Positions 47,952-57,613 of a DNA stretch of 64,000 nucleotides are shown here, in pieces; position 1 is the first letter of the stretch; each line of letters opens with the position of its first letter. A model generated the notes under the pieces. The model saw only the letters and a program-made list of their open reading frames with translations, made no database searches and was not told the DNA's origin. The translations under genes were made by a program, and so were the position numbers. This DNA comes from Candidatus Brocadiales bacterium (GTDB taxonomy: Bacteria > Planctomycetota > Brocadiia > Brocadiales > Bathyanammoxibiaceae): the NCBI GenBank assembly GCA_046758865.1, contig JBHIBD010000003.1, positions 4,440 through 68,439 on the forward strand. The letters are read 5' to 3'.

Positions 47952-50219
47952 ATGGCTAAAAAAATTAGGATAAGCACACTGGCAAAAGAGATGGGCGTAA
48001 AGAGCGGTCTCATCCTAGAGAAATGCAAGAAACACGGGCTCACCCACATTACACACCATGCCAATACAGTAGAGGACAAAGAGGCCACTCTCATACGCAG
48101 CTTCTTCGAACCATCTGTTAGTCCGGCTGGAGCCAGGGAAGTTAGTAAGGCGGCCCCAAAGGTGGTCACGCCCAAAGAAGTCTCTAAGCCAGTGAAGCAT
48201 AAAGTATTGCCAAAAAGGGCTGAGGCGACGGAAGCAAAGCTTGTTACGTTGCCGGCCAAAGGTAAGGCAGGTACCGAGGCCAAACCATTACCCAAGCTCA
48301 TCCGCCCACCGAAATATATAGCGGTGCCCAGGCGTCCTCCCTTCAGGAAGCATATAAGGGCAGGATTTAGGAGGAGGAGGAGAGGCCGTCCTGGGGAGGC
48401 TGATAGGCCATATCGAGAGGCAGTAGTCGCTCCAAGGGTTACAACGGAAGGACTTAAGCTTACCCTCGAAGCACCTGTCACGGTTAAGGAACTCTCCAGC
48501 AAATTAGGTATAAAAGCAAGCAGTATCATTATGAAGCTCTTGATGGAGCACAACGTCCGCGCAACAATGAATCAAACGCTTGATGAGGATGTTGTAGTGC
48601 TCCTGGGTATGGAGTACGGTGCAGAGATAGAGCTGAAGAAACCGCAGGAGGTCGGGAAAGCAATAGAGAAGGAGTTTGAGGAGCTGGTCAGTAAACCCGA
48701 GGACCTCGTACCCAGACCACCCATAGTTACCTTTTTGGGTCACGTGGACCATGGTAAGACCTCACTCCTTGATGCCATAAGAAAGGCGAACGTGGTAGCT
48801 GGAGAAGCGGGCGGTATTACCCAACACATAGGTGCCTATCGTGTGGAGACTAACGCTCGTTCGGTGACATTTCTTGACACGCCAGGCCACGAGGCCTTTA
48901 CCTCGATGCGGGCCAGGGGCTCCCAGGTCACCGACGTTGCAGTGCTGGTGGTGGCTGCTGATGACGGCGTCATGCCACAAACAGAAGAGGCCATTAACCA
49001 TGCACGAGCGGCTGGCGTGCCTATTGTCGTGGCCATTAACAAGATAGACAAACCTGATGCCAACCCCCTGAGGGTGAAACAGCAGTTGGCAAAGCTAGAA
49101 CTCGTGCCAGAGGAATGGGGTGGGAAGACACAGTTCGTAGAAACATCGGCTGTAACCAAACAAGGGCTGGACGAACTTTTGGAAAAGCTCCTACTTGAGG
49201 CAGAGCTCCTCGAGCTTAAGGCAAATCCTAAAAAACCAGCCAAGGGTGTGGTGCTGGAGGCACGATTGCACGAAGGCAGGGGTGTTGTGGCAACAGTAAT
49301 TGTCCAAGATGGCACACTACACCTGGGAGACGTACTTATCTGTGGTAATGCATATGGAAGGGCTCGTGCCATATACAATGACAAAGGAAAAGCTACTGAG
49401 CACGCAGAGCCTTCCCAACCTGCGTCCATTTCAGACCTCTCTGTCGTGCCAAACGCAGGAGAGAAATTTTACGTTATAAAAGACATCCAGAGGGCCAAGC
49501 AGATAGCAGAAAAGAGACGAGAAAACCTCCGCGAGGCAGGCCTCCAAGCGCGGGAGCACGTAACCCTAGAGAACCTCTACACAAATATAGAACGCGGAAA
49601 AATCAAGGAGCTTCGGATTATCCTCAAGGCAGATGTAAAGGGCTCTGTTGAGGTCATGGAAAATATGTTGACAGAGCTCTCTACAGAAGAAATAAAGATT
49701 AGGATACTCCATCGTGGCGTGGGGAATATAACCGAGTCTGACGTCATCTTGGCCGACGCCTCCGACGCAATCATTATAGGATTCTATTCGACACCCGAAG
49801 ACGGTGTCGCTAATCTTGCAGAAAAAAGTGGTGTAGAGATCAGGCTTTACCAGGTAATTTACGATGTTACCAATGACATTAAGTCTGCTATGGAGGGCAT
49901 GTTAGAGCCTGAGCAAAGGGAAGTGATTTTGGGTAATGCCGAGATACAACAGGTATTCAAGGTCTCTAAACTGGGCAATATTGCTGGTTGTATTGTCAGG
50001 GGTGGGAAGATTACCAGGAACGCTCAGGTAAGGATACGGAGGGATGGTAATGTTATCCACGAGGGTAAGCTCGCCTCCCTTAGGATTGTAAGAGAAGATG
50101 TGAAGGAAGTGCGTCAGGGGCTGGAGTGCGGTATGAGGGTCGCTGGCTTCGACGACATAAGGGTGGGCGATACCATAGAGGCATATGAAATCCAGCAAAT
50201 CGCCCGCACACTTAGCTAA
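47952..50219 (+). CDS. infB: Translation initiation factor IF-2
   Basis: [20 protein letters not shown] and NKIDK GTPase motifs. Confidence 0.95.
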   Translation: MAKKIRISTLAKEMGVKSGLILEKCKKHGLTHITHHANTVEDKEATLIRSFFEPSVSPAGAREVSKAAPKVVTPKEVSKPVKHKVLPKRAEATEAKLVTLPAKGKAGTEAKPLPKLIRPPKYIAVPRRPPFRKHIRAGFRRRRRGRPGEADRPYREAVVAPRVTTEGLKLTLEAPVTVKELSSKLGIKASSIIMKLLMEHNVRATMNQTLDEDVVVLLGMEYGAEIELKKPQEVGKAIEKEFEELVSKPEDLVPRPPIVTFLGHVDHGKTSLLDAIRKANVVAGEAGGITQHIGAYRVETNARSVTFLDTPGHEAFTSMRARGSQVTDVAVLVVAADDGVMPQTEEAINHARAAGVPIVVAINKIDKPDANPLRVKQQLAKLELVPEEWGGKTQFVETSAVTKQGLDELLEKLLLEAELLELKANPKKPAKGVVLEARLHEGRGVVATVIVQDGTLHLGDVLICGNAYGRARAIYNDKGKATEHAEPSQPASISDLSVVPNAGEKFYVIKDIQRAKQIAEKRRENLREAGLQAREHVTLENLYTNIERGKIKELRIILKADVKGSVEVMENMLTELSTEEIKIRILHRGVGNITESDVILADASDAIIIGFYSTPEDGVANLAEKSGVEIRLYQVIYDVTNDIKSAMEGMLEPEQREVILGNAEIQQVFKVSKLGNIAGCIVRGGKITRNAQVRIRRDGNVIHEGKLASLRIVREDVKEVRQGLECGMRVAGFDDIRVGDTIEAYEIQQIARTLS

Positions 50220-50258
50220 ATACAAACCCCCAGTCTCTTTTCCCCATAGTTGTCTTTC

Positions 50259-50540
50259 ATGGTCGTTGGAATATTAAACATCAAGATAGTCATAAGGGAC
50301 GCTCATTCCCTTAAGGATAAACGTAGCGTCATTAAGAGTCTGAAGGACAGAATAAGGCAAAAATACAACGTCTCCCTTTCAGAGATAGGAGCCCACAACA
50401 ACCACAAGCAGTGTATATTAGCAGTGGCAATGGTGGGTAACGAGAGAAAACACGTTAACAGTGTGCTCTCAGGCCTTGTAAACTCCTTTAAATTATTTCC
50501 CAAGGTACAACTTGTAGACTACAACCTGGAGTTAATATAA
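50259..50540 (+). CDS. DUF503 (YlxP-like) protein
   Basis: MVVGILNIKIVIRDAHSLKDKRSV; conserved position between infB and rbfA. Confidence 0.75.
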   Translation: MVVGILNIKIVIRDAHSLKDKRSVIKSLKDRIRQKYNVSLSEIGAHNNHKQCILAVAMVGNERKHVNSVLSGLVNSFKLFPKVQLVDYNLELI

Positions 50541-50545
50541 ATGCC

Positions 50546-50902
50546 GTGCGTGCGAGAAGACTTGAAAAAATAGCGGAGGCCTTGAAGCGAGAGATAAGTA
50601 TGGTTATTTTCCACAAGCTCAAGGACCCAAGGATAAATCTTGTTACTGTAACCAAGACCGAGCCCTCAGAAGACCTACGTTCGGCAAAGGTCTATGTATC
50701 TGTCATCGGTGATGAGCCCAAGAAGAAGGCCGCACTCAATGCCCTCAAGCATGCGCGCGGCCATATCCAATCGCTAATAGGAAAACGGCTCGAAATTCGG
50801 TACACACCTGTGCTCGAATTCTGCCTGGACGATTCAGCAGGAAAAGGCATCCATTTATCCAAACTTATAGATAAGATTTCAGAGGGAGACAAGACAGCAT
50901 AA
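50546..50902 (+). CDS. rbfA: Ribosome-binding factor A
   Basis: RLEKIAEALKREIS...DPRI..VTVT....DLRSAKVYVS; GTG start. Confidence 0.9.
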   Translation: MRARRLEKIAEALKREISMVIFHKLKDPRINLVTVTKTEPSEDLRSAKVYVSVIGDEPKKKAALNALKHARGHIQSLIGKRLEIRYTPVLEFCLDDSAGKGIHLSKLIDKISEGDKTA

Positions 50903-51774
50903 TGTCAAAACTTGTTTTGGGAATACCCAAGGGGAGCTTGCAGAAGTCTACCTGCGAGATGATGCAGAGGGCGGGCTTCAATGTACGCGTCAGTGATAGG
51001 TCGTACTATCCTATTATAGACGACAACGAGCTTCAAGGCAGATTGGTCCGCCCCCAAGACATGTCGAGATACGTGGAGAAGGGGATCATAGACGCTGGGT
51101 TAACCGGCGCCGACTGGGTGGAGGAGAACAGGTCAAAAGTGAAGGTTATAACACGTCTGGCCTATGCCAAGCAGCAGCTAACCTCGGTGCGCTGGGTGCT
51201 GGCCGTGCCAGAGGACTCGGCCATCCAAACCCCCTCCGAGCTCCAGGGCAAAAAGATCGCTACGGAGCTTGTCAACGTCACAACAAAGTACCTAGAGCAA
51301 AGAGGTATAAAGGCAGAGGTGGAGTTCTCCCACGGGGCCACAGAGGCAAAGGCCCCCCATCTGGTAGACGCCATCGTAGAACTTACTGAAACGGGTTCAA
51401 GCTTGAGGGAAAACAAACTACGCATTGTGGATACTGTGATGGAGTCAACCACGCAGTTTATCGCCAATAACGAGTCCTGGCAAGACCCCTGGAAGAGGGA
51501 AAAGATGGAAAATCTAGCAATGCTCTTTTCCGGGGCTATTATTGCCCGTGAGAAGGTGGGGCTGAAGATGAACGTCCCCAGTGACCGCCTGGAGGCAGTG
51601 ATAAAGAGGCTTCCAGCACTTAGAAAGCCAACTGTCTCCACTCTGGCTGAGGGCTCTGGATACGCCATAGAAACGGTAATAGATGAGACCGTAGCAAGGC
51701 ACATCATTCCTGAACTTAAAAGGGCTGGGGCAGAGGGAATCATAGAGTACCCCCTTAACAAGGTAATATTATAG
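50902..51774 (+). CDS. hisG: ATP phosphoribosyltransferase (long form)
   Basis: LVLGIPKGSLQ...; 290 aa with the C-terminal regulatory domain. Its start overlaps the rbfA stop (TAATG). Confidence 0.88.
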   Translation: MSKLVLGIPKGSLQKSTCEMMQRAGFNVRVSDRSYYPIIDDNELQGRLVRPQDMSRYVEKGIIDAGLTGADWVEENRSKVKVITRLAYAKQQLTSVRWVLAVPEDSAIQTPSELQGKKIATELVNVTTKYLEQRGIKAEVEFSHGATEAKAPHLVDAIVELTETGSSLRENKLRIVDTVMESTTQFIANNESWQDPWKREKMENLAMLFSGAIIAREKVGLKMNVPSDRLEAVIKRLPALRKPTVSTLAEGSGYAIETVIDETVARHIIPELKRAGAEGIIEYPLNKVIL

Positions 51775-51788
51775 GGACCTATGCTTAG

Positions 51789-53315
51789 ATGATAAAGGCA
51801 TTCATTATCCTCTTATTGTTCGTCCTTTCTGGATGCGCAACCCAAGGGCATCTGAAAGAAGATAAACCTGCGCCCACAGAGGCCGTCCAGAAGGAGGAGG
51901 TCTCAGTAGAGACCCTGGCCAACTTTTGCACAGGTTTTTATGCCATGATGGGGCGTGATTGGAAAACGGCCACCACATTCTTCAAGAAAGCCCTGGAGGG
52001 AGACCCTGAGTCAGAAAGAATCCTCCGTTACCTCATAGCTTGTCACATACAGTTGGATGAAAATGACAAGGCCCTAGTGTATATGAAGAAGCTTTCAGAC
52101 ATAAACAGGAAAGACTTCACCATACACTACACGCTCGCCAGCATCCATGAGGAGAAGGGAAGGACAGATGATGCCATCCTTGAATACGAGCGTGCGTGCA
52201 GGAGCGACATCAAGCAGGTAGACAAGGCCTTGGTAGCTAATGCCCTTTATCGCCTGGCGCACCTTTACCTCAATAAAAGCGAGCCTATGAAGGCCGTCAC
52301 CTGTTTCAAGGATATTATAAAATTGGCCTCCCCCGTCGACGTCAGCAGTCTTCACACCGAGATAGGCATGGCATACATTGACGCCCAAGAGTACGAGAAG
52401 GCCAGGCAAGAGCTGGAGACATCAAAAGAACTAAACCCAAACTTACCCGCGACCAGGTTATATCTGGCCATTGTACACGATGAATTAGGGGAGTTAGACG
52501 AGGCCATTGCCGAGGCCGAGACCTTTTTGCAGACGACACCCAATACGTGGCTCGCGCACGCCTTTCTGGCGAGTCTGTACGCAAAGGTAGACAAGACTGA
52601 GGATGCAGACTTTCACCGCAGCAAGGCAATAGCAATACTTCAGACCAGAGTCGCAACGGGTGCAAGTAACGCACAAGAACACATCACCCTGGCCAGACTA
52701 CTTATAGCCGAGAACAAGAAGAACGAGGCACTGAGGATTATGGAATTGGCGAACAATATGCCGAGGACCAAAGAAGAAGCAAGGGAAGTACATTTTATGC
52801 TCGCCAACCTGTATTACGACGCCAACCGTGCGGCACAGGTGGAGCAACAGCTTAGGGAGGCATTAAGGATAGACCCCAATTTTCACGAGGCCAGCAACTT
52901 CCTCGGATATCTCTTTGCTGAAAGAGGGGTAGAGCTGGATGAAGCCCTTCAACTTATAGAGGGCGCACTTAAGGTGCAGCCCGAAAACGGAGCCTATTTG
53001 GACAGCCTGGGCTGGGTGTACTACAAACAGGCCACAGACGATGAAAGCGACGAAAGAATGAGCCTTGCCCTGGAGAAACTTCTAAAGGCCGTTAAGATGT
53101 CCCCCGACCCCGAGATATATAAGCATATAGGGGAGATATATTACAGCCAAGGCCGTTGGGAAAAGGCACGACAGCAATGGCAAAGGGCCCTCGAGGAGTT
53201 TCCAGAATACGAGGTGATCTCACACATCGAGTGGATAAAGAAGAAATTGGAAAGGCTTGAGACCCTGCAAATACAGGAAGACAAACTTTACCAAGAGAAA
53301 AGTACAGCTCCATAA
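51789..53315 (+). CDS. TPR-repeat lipoprotein
   Basis: Lipobox LSGC and repeated TPR helices. Confidence 0.75.
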   Translation: MIKAFIILLLFVLSGCATQGHLKEDKPAPTEAVQKEEVSVETLANFCTGFYAMMGRDWKTATTFFKKALEGDPESERILRYLIACHIQLDENDKALVYMKKLSDINRKDFTIHYTLASIHEEKGRTDDAILEYERACRSDIKQVDKALVANALYRLAHLYLNKSEPMKAVTCFKDIIKLASPVDVSSLHTEIGMAYIDAQEYEKARQELETSKELNPNLPATRLYLAIVHDELGELDEAIAEAETFLQTTPNTWLAHAFLASLYAKVDKTEDADFHRSKAIAILQTRVATGASNAQEHITLARLLIAENKKNEALRIMELANNMPRTKEEAREVHFMLANLYYDANRAAQVEQQLREALRIDPNFHEASNFLGYLFAERGVELDEALQLIEGALKVQPENGAYLDSLGWVYYKQATDDESDERMSLALEKLLKAVKMSPDPEIYKHIGEIYYSQGRWEKARQQWQRALEEFPEYEVISHIEWIKKKLERLETLQIQEDKLYQEKSTAP

Positions 53316-53333
53316 GTTAACTGAGGTTCAAAG

Positions 53334-54089
53334 ATGGCCGGACACTCTCACTGGGCAAGCATAAAAAGGAAAAAGAGCGCTATCGACGCCAAAAGGGGCA
53401 AGATGTTCTCAAAGCTCGCAAGAAACATAACCGTTGCAGCAAAGCGTGGCGGAGGCAACCCGGACCTTAATATCAAACTTCAGTACGCCATCGAGAAGGC
53501 AAAAGCCGCCAATATGCCCAAAGACAACATAGAGAGGGCCATTCAGAAGGGTATCGGGGGAACATCCGGCGAAGACCTTTTTGAATGTCTTTATGAGGGT
53601 TATGGCCCAAGCGGTGTAGCTATCATGCTTGAGATCGTCACCGACAATAAGAACCGCACTGCTTCAGAGATTAGGAAGATATTTGAAAGATTCGGGGGCA
53701 GTCTGGGGGCATCAGGCTGCGTATCTTGGATGTTCGAAAAGAAGGGCATATTCGCTGTGAATAGTGACAAGGTGGATGAGGACCAGCTTATGATGATTGC
53801 CCTGGAGGCGGGGGCAGAGGATGTTCTTCATGTAGAGCACGTCTACCAGATAATCTGTCCGCCGTCAGATTCCGAAAGGATAAAAAACTTCCTGACAGAA
53901 CAGAATGTCCCCTTTGAATCGGCCGAGATTAGTTGGATTCCCAAAAGTTTTGTAGAACTGGACGAAGTGGCTGGGAAAAAGGTGGTAGCGCTTATGGACG
54001 CCTTAGAAGACCATGACGACGTGCAAGAGGTGTACGCAAACTTCAACCTACCCAAGGAGTTGCTGTTAGAGATGCAGGAAAAACGCTAA
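53334..54089 (+). CDS. yebC: YebC/PmpR-family transcriptional regulator
   Basis: MAGHSHWASIKRKKSAIDAKRGKMFSKL... Confidence 0.92.
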   Translation: MAGHSHWASIKRKKSAIDAKRGKMFSKLARNITVAAKRGGGNPDLNIKLQYAIEKAKAANMPKDNIERAIQKGIGGTSGEDLFECLYEGYGPSGVAIMLEIVTDNKNRTASEIRKIFERFGGSLGASGCVSWMFEKKGIFAVNSDKVDEDQLMMIALEAGAEDVLHVEHVYQIICPPSDSERIKNFLTEQNVPFESAEISWIPKSFVELDEVAGKKVVALMDALEDHDDVQEVYANFNLPKELLLEMQEKR

Positions 54090-54094
54090 CAGCC

Positions 54095-54123
54095 TTGAAG
54101 GGGGCACCTTACGGTGTTATAAT
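54095..54123 (+). promoter_or_regulatory. Candidate sigma70-type promoter for hflX
   Basis: TTGAAG (54095-54100), 17-nt spacer, TATAAT (54118-54123). Confidence 0.45.
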
Positions 54124-54181
54124 TTAATCAGAAAGAGACCCCTTCAAAAGACAATCCCACACATATTTGCACAGGAGATAA

Positions 54182-55489
54182 GTGGTAGAGTTAAAGAAAA
54201 CAGACCTATCGGTAAGGGCTGAAAGGGCTCTCCTGTTGAGCGCAATAACTCCTGGGAACGGCGGCGACGGAGAATCCCTCGAAGAGCTTGCAAGACTGGC
54301 AGCAACGGCGGGGGCCCGCGTCGTTGATGGCGTAATCCAGAAGAAACACCGGATAGACCCCACCTACTACATAGGCAAAGGCAAGGCACTCGAACTGGCC
54401 TCACTCTGTAGGGACCGCAATATCGATGTGGTCATATGCGACGATGACCTGGCACCCGCGCAGATCAGAAACCTGGAAAAGATTCTTAACTCCAAGGTTG
54501 TAGACAGAAGCGAGCTCATCCTAGATATATTTGCCCACAGGGCCAGGACCAAACAGGCCCAGACACAGGTAGAACTGGCCCAACTTGAATACACCCTGCC
54601 CAGGCTCAAGCGGATGTGGACCCACCTGGATAGATATGAAGGGGGGATAGGCACGCGTGGCCCCGGGGAGAAACAGCTAGAGGTAGACCGCCGCCTTGTC
54701 TCTAAAAAGATACACGGGCTCAGAAAGAAACTAAAGGAAATAGAAGGCCATAGGCGCCAGGAGGTGGCTGCCAGAAGGGAATGCTTTAAGGTCTCCCTGG
54801 TAGGCTACACAAATGCCGGCAAGTCTACCTTGATGAATGCCCTAACACAGGCAACCATCCCGGTTGAGGACAAGCTCTTTTCCACACTAGATACAAAGAC
54901 AAGGCTCCTTCGGCTGGAGAATGCAAGAAAGGCCCTGTTAAGCGATACAGTGGGGTTCATCAAGAAACTCCCACATCACCTGGTGGCGTCGTTCCACGCC
55001 ACCCTGGAAGAAGTGAGACAGGCAGACCTCTTACTCCACGTGGTTGACGTAAGCTCTCCGGCTGTTATCGAGCAGGTACAGTCTGTAAACGATGTGCTTA
55101 AGGAACTGGGCTCCGACAAAAAACCCACTATCCTCGTCCTCAATAAGATAGATGCCCTCTCAGACGATACTGTCCTTACCCTCTTTAAGGCAAAGCATCG
55201 CCACGCCGTTTCCGTATCTGCCCTGAGGGGAGAGGGCCTGGATGAGCTGAAGAAAAGAATAGTGAAGTTCCTAGAAGATAGGTGCATAGAAATCAGACTT
55301 ACCTGCGGCACTATAGACGGAAGGCTTTCTGCCTACCTGTACGAGAAGGGCCACGTTCTCAGCAAGAGAACCCACGGCAACAAGCTGCACTTCCATGTGC
55401 TTATCGAAGAGAAATTTTTACCCAAAATCCAGAAACTCTTCGAGGATGTGGTAATCTCCTACCCCACAGGTGAACTACTAAGACTATAG
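54182..55489 (+). CDS. hflX: GTPase HflX
   Basis: GYTNAGKSTLMNALT, DTVGFI and NKID motifs plus the HflX N-terminal domain. Confidence 0.92.
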   Translation: MVELKKTDLSVRAERALLLSAITPGNGGDGESLEELARLAATAGARVVDGVIQKKHRIDPTYYIGKGKALELASLCRDRNIDVVICDDDLAPAQIRNLEKILNSKVVDRSELILDIFAHRARTKQAQTQVELAQLEYTLPRLKRMWTHLDRYEGGIGTRGPGEKQLEVDRRLVSKKIHGLRKKLKEIEGHRRQEVAARRECFKVSLVGYTNAGKSTLMNALTQATIPVEDKLFSTLDTKTRLLRLENARKALLSDTVGFIKKLPHHLVASFHATLEEVRQADLLLHVVDVSSPAVIEQVQSVNDVLKELGSDKKPTILVLNKIDALSDDTVLTLFKAKHRHAVSVSALRGEGLDELKKRIVKFLEDRCIEIRLTCGTIDGRLSAYLYEKGHVLSKRTHGNKLHFHVLIEEKFLPKIQKLFEDVVISYPTGELLRL

Positions 55490-55502
55490 CTGCCTGCAAC
55501 CC

Positions 55503-55563
55503 ATACAGTGCGTCAAGAGGTACTGTACTTCATTTGTCATTGCGAGCGAAGCGAAGCAATCTC
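55503..55563. repeat. 61-bp direct repeat, copy 1 (contains a family A unit gtcattgcgagcgaagcgaagcaatctc at 55536-55563)
   Basis: Identical base for base to 55915-55975. Confidence 0.95.
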
Positions 55564-55843
55564 ATATTTCCTCGTACAAATCCCTCCATTCTTTATTAAC
55601 CCTGTTCAGCAAAGCGACCTTCTTTTGTCTTGAGCCACTCTTGATTTGTTTCTCCCTACGTATAGCATCCTCCACGCTATCAAAAACCTCATAATACACT
55701 AGCTTGTCCACGTTATACTTTTTAGTGAAGCCATCCATTAGTTTGTTTTTTACCCGCTTTTTTAGGTTGTTCGTTACTCCGGTGTATAGAACCGTGTTTC
55801 TCTTGTTAGTCATTATGTAGACACAGTATTGCTTACTTTTCAC
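55562..55843 (-). CDS. Small GIY-YIG nuclease-family protein (93 aa)
   Basis: YCVYIMTNKRNTVLYTGVTNNLKKRV...REKQIK. GTG start. The stop codon overlaps the end of repeat copy 1. Confidence 0.85.
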   Translation of the reverse strand: MKSKQYCVYIMTNKRNTVLYTGVTNNLKKRVKNKLMDGFTKKYNVDKLVYYEVFDSVEDAIRREKQIKSGSRQKKVALLNRVNKEWRDLYEEI

Positions 55844-55867
55844 TGTGCAATTACATAGAAAACCCTT

Positions 55868-55905
55868 GAGATTGCTTCGTCCGCCTCAGGCGGACTCGCA
55901 ATGAC
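55868..55905. repeat. Family A unit in inverse orientation (gagattgcttcg-tccgcctcaggcgga-ctcgcaatgac)
   Basis: Inner perfect 7-bp hairpin GTCCGCC/GGCGGAC. Together with 55536-55563 it forms inverted repeats around the GIY-YIG gene. Confidence 0.85.
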
Positions 55906-55914
55906 GCACGCAAC

Positions 55915-55975
55915 ATACAGTGCGTCAAGAGGTACTGTACTTCATTTGTCATTGCGAGCGAAGCGAAGCAATCTC
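55915..55975. repeat. 61-bp direct repeat, copy 2
   Basis: Identical to 55503-55563. Confidence 0.95.
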
Positions 55976-55987
55976 TTGAATGCACAG

Positions 55988-56021
55988 GAGATTGCTTCGG
56001 GACTTTGTCCCTCGCAATGAC
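55988..56021. repeat. Family A unit in inverse orientation (gagattgcttcg-ggactttgtcc-ctcgcaatgac)
   Basis: Convergent with the A unit at 55948-55975, separated by 12 bp (BIME-like pair). Confidence 0.85.
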
Positions 56022-56132
56022 ACTCGGCGCAATGCAGCACGTAAGGTGCGCCAAGACGCCGTGGCAGAGGCAGATGCGCCCTCCAAACTAACTGGCGGGC
56101 TTTCAGCCTCTGGCGCACACCCTACACCTGCG

Positions 56133-56978
56133 TCACTTTAACTTTCGCCTCCCGTAGATAAACAGCCCCAGGGCCAGCAGGAATACCGGGATGCCTATAA
56201 CCTGTGAGACCGTAAGCCCGTAGAGTACGGGGACACTGTCATCCCTCAGTATCTCCCAGTAGAAGCGCATGGGCGCATACAGTATGGGAAACAGCAGGGC
56301 TACCTCACCGTCCCGCTTTTTGTAGGCATAGAGGTTGCTCAATACGAGAAACAACATAAAGGCACCAAATGCGGCGTAAAGTTGGGTGGGGTGTACGGGT
56401 AAGGACAACGGGTCGGCAAATCCCACCCAACCCTCTTCCAGGTGGTGTAGGAATGTGGGACTGCCGTCAACGTTACCGAGGGCGTCTTTGGTCTTGGGGA
56501 ACTGAACCCTGAACAGAAAGTCATCCCCTACCCTGTCACCGTAACAGCACCCGTTGAGGAAGCAGCCTATCCTGCCAGATGCAAGCCCTATTGCAAGGCC
56601 GACGGCGGCCATGTCAAGGCACTTCAGCGGCGGCAATCCCCGCTTTCTACAGAATATCACTGCCATTGCAATGGCGGCCAAGAAACCCCCGTAAAATGAG
56701 AGGCCACCTTTAAATATCATAAATATGTCCAGGGGATGTTCTACATAGTCACCAAAGTGGTGTATAACAAAGAGCGTCCTAGCCCCCAGTATGCCTGCCA
56801 CCAGTGTATATATCCCCAAATCGGTTATATGCTGTGGGTCAACTCCTTCATAGCTGGCCTTCCTCCGCGCCGCCAATACGGCCAAGAGAAAGCCCACCAT
56901 CATCATAAACCCATAAGAATATACGGGGACGGTAATGTCTAGAAATGGGATGGGTATCTCAAGAAGCGTACGCTGCAT
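56133..56978 (-). CDS. lgt: Prolipoprotein diacylglyceryl transferase
   Basis: KGGLSFYGGF and GRIGCFLNGCCYG motifs. Confidence 0.9.
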   Translation of the reverse strand: MQRTLLEIPIPFLDITVPVYSYGFMMMVGFLLAVLAARRKASYEGVDPQHITDLGIYTLVAGILGARTLFVIHHFGDYVEHPLDIFMIFKGGLSFYGGFLAAIAMAVIFCRKRGLPPLKCLDMAAVGLAIGLASGRIGCFLNGCCYGDRVGDDFLFRVQFPKTKDALGNVDGSPTFLHHLEEGWVGFADPLSLPVHPTQLYAAFGAFMLFLVLSNLYAYKKRDGEVALLFPILYAPMRFYWEILRDDSVPVLYGLTVSQVIGIPVFLLALGLFIYGRRKLK

Positions 56979-57023
56979 GTTGTGTTATAAAGAAGATGGA
57001 GGCGGACTTTATTTAGCAAGCCT

Positions 57024-57404
57024 TTAGGAGGCACCGCCTCCAGTAGAAAAGACGGTCTTTAGCTGCCTGTTAGCCTCATCAACCAGGACTATCTTCGGTT
57101 TCCAGTTTTTTGCCTTACTATCTTCAACAAGGCCGTAAGAGATTATGATGACCTTGTCCCCGGGATGCGCCCAGCGAGCGGCAGCCCCGTTCAAGCAGAC
57201 GGCGCCTGAATCCTTTTCACCCTCTATAGCATAGGTCTCTATTCTATGCCCGTTGCTCAGGTTTAGCACCTGCACCTTCTCATACTCTACGATGTCACTG
57301 GCCTCAAGAAGCGCACCATCAATGGTTACACTCCCCTGGTAATGGAGATTGGTATCTGTCACGATTGCGGGCTGAATCTTCGACTTGCATAGTTCTCGGT
57401 ACAT
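57024..57404 (-). CDS. panD: Aspartate 1-decarboxylase
   Basis: LHYQGSVTID (Gly-Ser self-processing site) and NGAAAR. Confidence 0.92.
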   Translation of the reverse strand: MYRELCKSKIQPAIVTDTNLHYQGSVTIDGALLEASDIVEYEKVQVLNLSNGHRIETYAIEGEKDSGAVCLNGAAARWAHPGDKVIIISYGLVEDSKAKNWKPKIVLVDEANRQLKTVFSTGGGAS

Positions 57405-57463
57405 CGTATCATCTTCCTCGGCTTCTGCAAAAGTATCACTTCACAAAGTTCAAACGCAGTTAT

Positions 57464-57571
57464 CCTCCCCCTTGAGGGGGTGATCATTAACCTGCTTCAT
57501 ATTTACTTGCCAGGCGCACTTAAACAGATTAGACAGTCACCCTCCCCCTTTCCACCTCCCCTCAAGGGAGG
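57464..57571. repeat. Family F G/C hairpin repeats in the panD-panC spacer
   Basis: ccccc-ttga-ggggg (57467-57480) and cctccc-ctcaa-gggagg (55555-type stem at 57555-57571). Related to 27271-27354. Confidence 0.65.
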
Positions 57572-57613
57572 GGGAAATTGAAGGACTTACAAACTTTTTC
57601 AAAAGTATTACTC

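Noticed and set aside
47948-48553. Long antisense or alternative-frame ORFs inside well-supported genes: 47948-48553(-), 48836-49429(-), 25723-26436(-), 21878-22513(+), 51162-51761(-), 42252-42797(+), 34605-35093(+), 5909-6361(+).
   Set aside because: Each lies entirely within a gene with clear family motifs on the other strand or frame. Each has the low-complexity Ser/Pro/Ala/Arg-rich composition typical of shadow ORFs.
55503-56021. Whether the clustered palindromic repeats here (and at 27089-27697 and 45616-45826) are a CRISPR array.
   Set aside because: The units are of several different families, in mixed orientations, with irregular spacing from 12 bp to several hundred bp. There are no unique spacers of uniform length and no cas genes in the window. 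They behave like REP/BIME-type elements.
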